In this document: piece by piece, positions 55,116 to 57,264 of the stretch | How the letters are laid out: the number at the start of each line of letters is the position of its first letter | Numbering within the stretch: the stretch's first letter is position 1 | Virus record (IMG/VR): IMGVR_UViG_3300037248_000259 | Coordinates: 1-57,264 of that record | Length of the DNA stretch: 57,264 nt | Origin: a virus | Taxonomy: Duplodnaviria; Caudoviricetes | Direction: 5' to 3' (one strand) | Position numbers and translations under genes: made by a program | The notes under the pieces: generated by a model | Told to the model about the DNA's origin: nothing | Databases searched by the model: none | Seen by the model: only the letters and a program-made list of their open reading frames with translations

Positions 55116-57022
55116 AATCCTCTCACATCTCGCCAGGTCACGAACTCAGGTGGATTATCGGTCCTTTCCTTGGCTTCTTGCAAGAACCGATAGACGACGC
55201 CGTTCATTCGCTGCGTGGTGCGGTTGGCGGTGCCCGCCTCTTCCGCCTCGACGCGGCCGCGCGTCAGACCAAGACCCAGCATTTCCGGCCGCCGCCAGTT
55301 GAGCCAGGCGCGGCAGGCCAGCGCGCAGGCGAACACCCGGTCATCCTTGCCGTTCGGATTGGTCGAGTCGGGGGCCCCGATCGTGTTGCCGTCCATTATC
55401 ACGTTATGCATCTCCTCGAGCAGACGCTTGGAGCGGATATCAAGTTCGTTGGTCGCGTAGGCGCCGCGCATCTGATGCATCAGCTCTCGCTTGGTCGAGA
55501 AAGTGGACTGGAAACAGTTCAAATAGCCGGCTCCGATCGAATCGGCGCGGTGATAGAGATACCAGCGCGCCCAGCCGAGCGCGTCTTCCCAATCACGCGA
55601 GCGCACGTGGTCGGCGTAGGCGGGCGAGCCGAGCAGCCCGCGCACCGTGTCAAACTCCATCAGGACGGTGCGCCCGCCGCCGTCAAGCTCGACGTTGAGA
55701 ATGCAGTCGCGATAAGCGCCGGCAAGGTGGAACAGAACCCAGCTCGCCCGCTTCAGCTCAACCTCGCTAGTGGCGTATTCGGCCACTTGCACCATCACGT
55801 CTGCGTAGCAGCGCCAAATTGAGATTACATTCCTATCGGAATGGTCTGTCCGCCCCCAGGCCGGATCGTAGCCGATCACGTAACGGCCATCTTCGACCGG
55901 TTCTTGCCAAACCTTGAGCTCAATCTGCGCGTCGACTTGCTCCGGCGGCAGGCTGGTGTCGACCGGCCTCAGCTTCATCGAAAAGAAGTCGCCGTCGAGA
56001 TCATATATATAAGGAGTGTAGGCGTAGTCCTCGGCGTGCTCGCTCATATGCTTAAGGTCACGCCCAATCTGCCGGGTCTGGAAGAACGAATAACCCGTCA
56101 GCACGAATGCCTGGTCTGCGGTAAAGGGCTGATTTTGCTCGAACATCAGCGAGTCTTCACCCGCCGTGGTCTCGCGCCGCCAGCGATACCAGGCCAGCTG
56201 CTCGGGCGAAATCTCATAGGCGTAGAGGGAACGCACCTGATTGATCAGCTCACGCTCCTCCGGATCGCGCGGCCGCTTGCCGTAAACGGCGAAACGGGCG
56301 TCCTTCCTCTCGATCCGGTTGACGTCGGAGGCCCACCAGCCAAGGAAATGGCTGCGCTTCGTCAACGGGTCCTCGAACCCGGACTTCCAGCGGTTGTGCC
56401 AGACGTTGTCGACGCCTTTGGCGGTTGATTCGTAGATCACCAGCCGGTTCTCATTGGTCTGGGCCAGGGACTCCTCGAACGAAGCTAAAGCTTCGGAGGA
56501 AGCGAAGTTGGCCAATTCCGTCGCGTGAGCCAGAACGAAGCCGGTGCCTTCCGCCCACGCCGAGCCCTTGGCGCGGGTGCCAGCCACCTTAAAATGCAGC
56601 TCCGATCCGTTCGAGAAACACATCATCTTGACGTTGTCTTTGCCTTTCAGAATGTAAAAATCGTCGCCAAAATAGCCGGGCGGGAAGCTCTCGATGTAGC
56701 TACGGATGGTCGACCGGTTCTTGTCCCGATTGGCCTCGGTGTCGGTAACCAGGGCCCCGAGCGTGTTCGGATGCACGGCCAGCCAGAATACGTCGATCGC
56801 CAGGCTGATGGTGGTCACCCCGAGCTGCCGCGACTTCAACCAGAAGTGCGTGCGAATGCCGTCGTCCAAGCCTTCCGCCAGCTGGGAGAGGAACCGCCGC
56901 TGGCTCTCCCACAAGATCAGCGGCGCGCCGCGCGGATCGGTCGAAGCGACTTCCTTCGACTTGATGCGCAAGTCTTTGACGAACTGCTTGAACGGGACGA
57001 TCCAACTTGAAGCCTTAGCCAC
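55112..57022 (-). CDS. terL: Terminase large subunit
   Basis: LKSRQLGVTT Walker A, HATELA Walker B, YESTAKG, IGYDPAWG and KDDRV nuclease motifs. Confidence 0.92.
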   Translation of the reverse strand: MAKASSWIVPFKQFVKDLRIKSKEVASTDPRGAPLILWESQRRFLSQLAEGLDDGIRTHFWLKSRQLGVTTISLAIDVFWLAVHPNTLGALVTDTEANRDKNRSTIRSYIESFPPGYFGDDFYILKGKDNVKMMCFSNGSELHFKVAGTRAKGSAWAEGTGFVLAHATELANFASSEALASFEESLAQTNENRLVIYESTAKGVDNVWHNRWKSGFEDPLTKRSHFLGWWASDVNRIERKDARFAVYGKRPRDPEERELINQVRSLYAYEISPEQLAWYRWRRETTAGEDSLMFEQNQPFTADQAFVLTGYSFFQTRQIGRDLKHMSEHAEDYAYTPYIYDLDGDFFSMKLRPVDTSLPPEQVDAQIELKVWQEPVEDGRYVIGYDPAWGRTDHSDRNVISIWRCYADVMVQVAEYATSEVELKRASWVLFHLAGAYRDCILNVELDGGGRTVLMEFDTVRGLLGSPAYADHVRSRDWEDALGWARWYLYHRADSIGAGYLNCFQSTFSTKRELMHQMRGAYATNELDIRSKRLLEEMHNVIMDGNTIGAPDSTNPNGKDDRVFACALACRAWLNWRRPEMLGLGLTRGRVEAEEAGTANRTTQRMNGVVYRFLQEAKERTDNPPEFVTWRDVRGL

Positions 57023-57217
57023 TCATAGCTCCTTAAAAACCTTAGTTGACGTCGTCTTGAATTTTCCGACATCATTCGGCGCGTAGGCGTATTGAACGAC
57101 GAAGCCTTTCTCACGAGCAAAATCCATCGCTTGACAAAGCGCGTCAAGAGCGGCCTGCATTCGAGTGCGCACTTCATCCACGGTGTTCAAATCGATCAAC
57201 GCCTGATTCTTTTCCAT
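57023..57217 (-). CDS. Hypothetical protein
   Basis: ATG overlapping upstream TGA. Confidence 0.55.
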   Translation of the reverse strand: MEKNQALIDLNTVDEVRTRMQAALDALCQAMDFAREKGFVVQYAYAPNDVGKFKTTSTKVFKEL

Positions 57218-57264
57218 CACCACGCTCCCATAAAACCGACCGGCTGCGTTTGCAGATTACAGTC

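Noticed and set aside
1-57264. tRNA or rRNA genes, tyrosine integrase, small terminase, RNA polymerase
   Set aside because: No supporting motifs recognised by eye; absence is not proven without searches

Overview
This GC-rich 57 kb window looks like a complete or nearly complete, circularly permuted genome of a short-tailed (podovirus-like) dsDNA phage. The J-domain ORF running off base 1 continues in frame from base 57264. Modules: a leftward run of small accessory genes (1-5.6 kb); small genes each with its own repeated promoter, then a serine resolvase (6.1-8.5 kb); replication genes (primase-polymerase/helicase, SNF2 helicase, DUF2800 nuclease, DUF2815 SSB, PolA, Hjc-like resolvase; 8.5-20.4 kb); lysis genes (GH19 endolysin and small membrane proteins; 20.3-24.9 kb); a block of signal-peptide-bearing fibre/spike and tandem-KTSC proteins (24.9-35.6 kb); ejection, tail and head genes with an inverted portal, then the large terminase (35.6-57 kb). 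The main finding is a 1.25 kb insert in the virion operon (42770-44026). It holds a lone Cas7/RAMP-like gene flanked by non-coding tracts of 5-nt GG(Y)NN units, punctuated by a repeated 21-nt hairpin. Reading only the NN dinucleotides with a 1-nt gap, two tracts spell near-copies of neighbouring virion genes in codon register (KTAWIYLHWQE vs own KTAWIFLHFLE; MPEALAAIPAL vs own MPEVIAAVPAL). This suggests a gapped-code RNA-guided system (VIPR-like, from recall) aimed at homologous alleles of competing phages. All product calls come from motif recognition by eye; no database searches were run.
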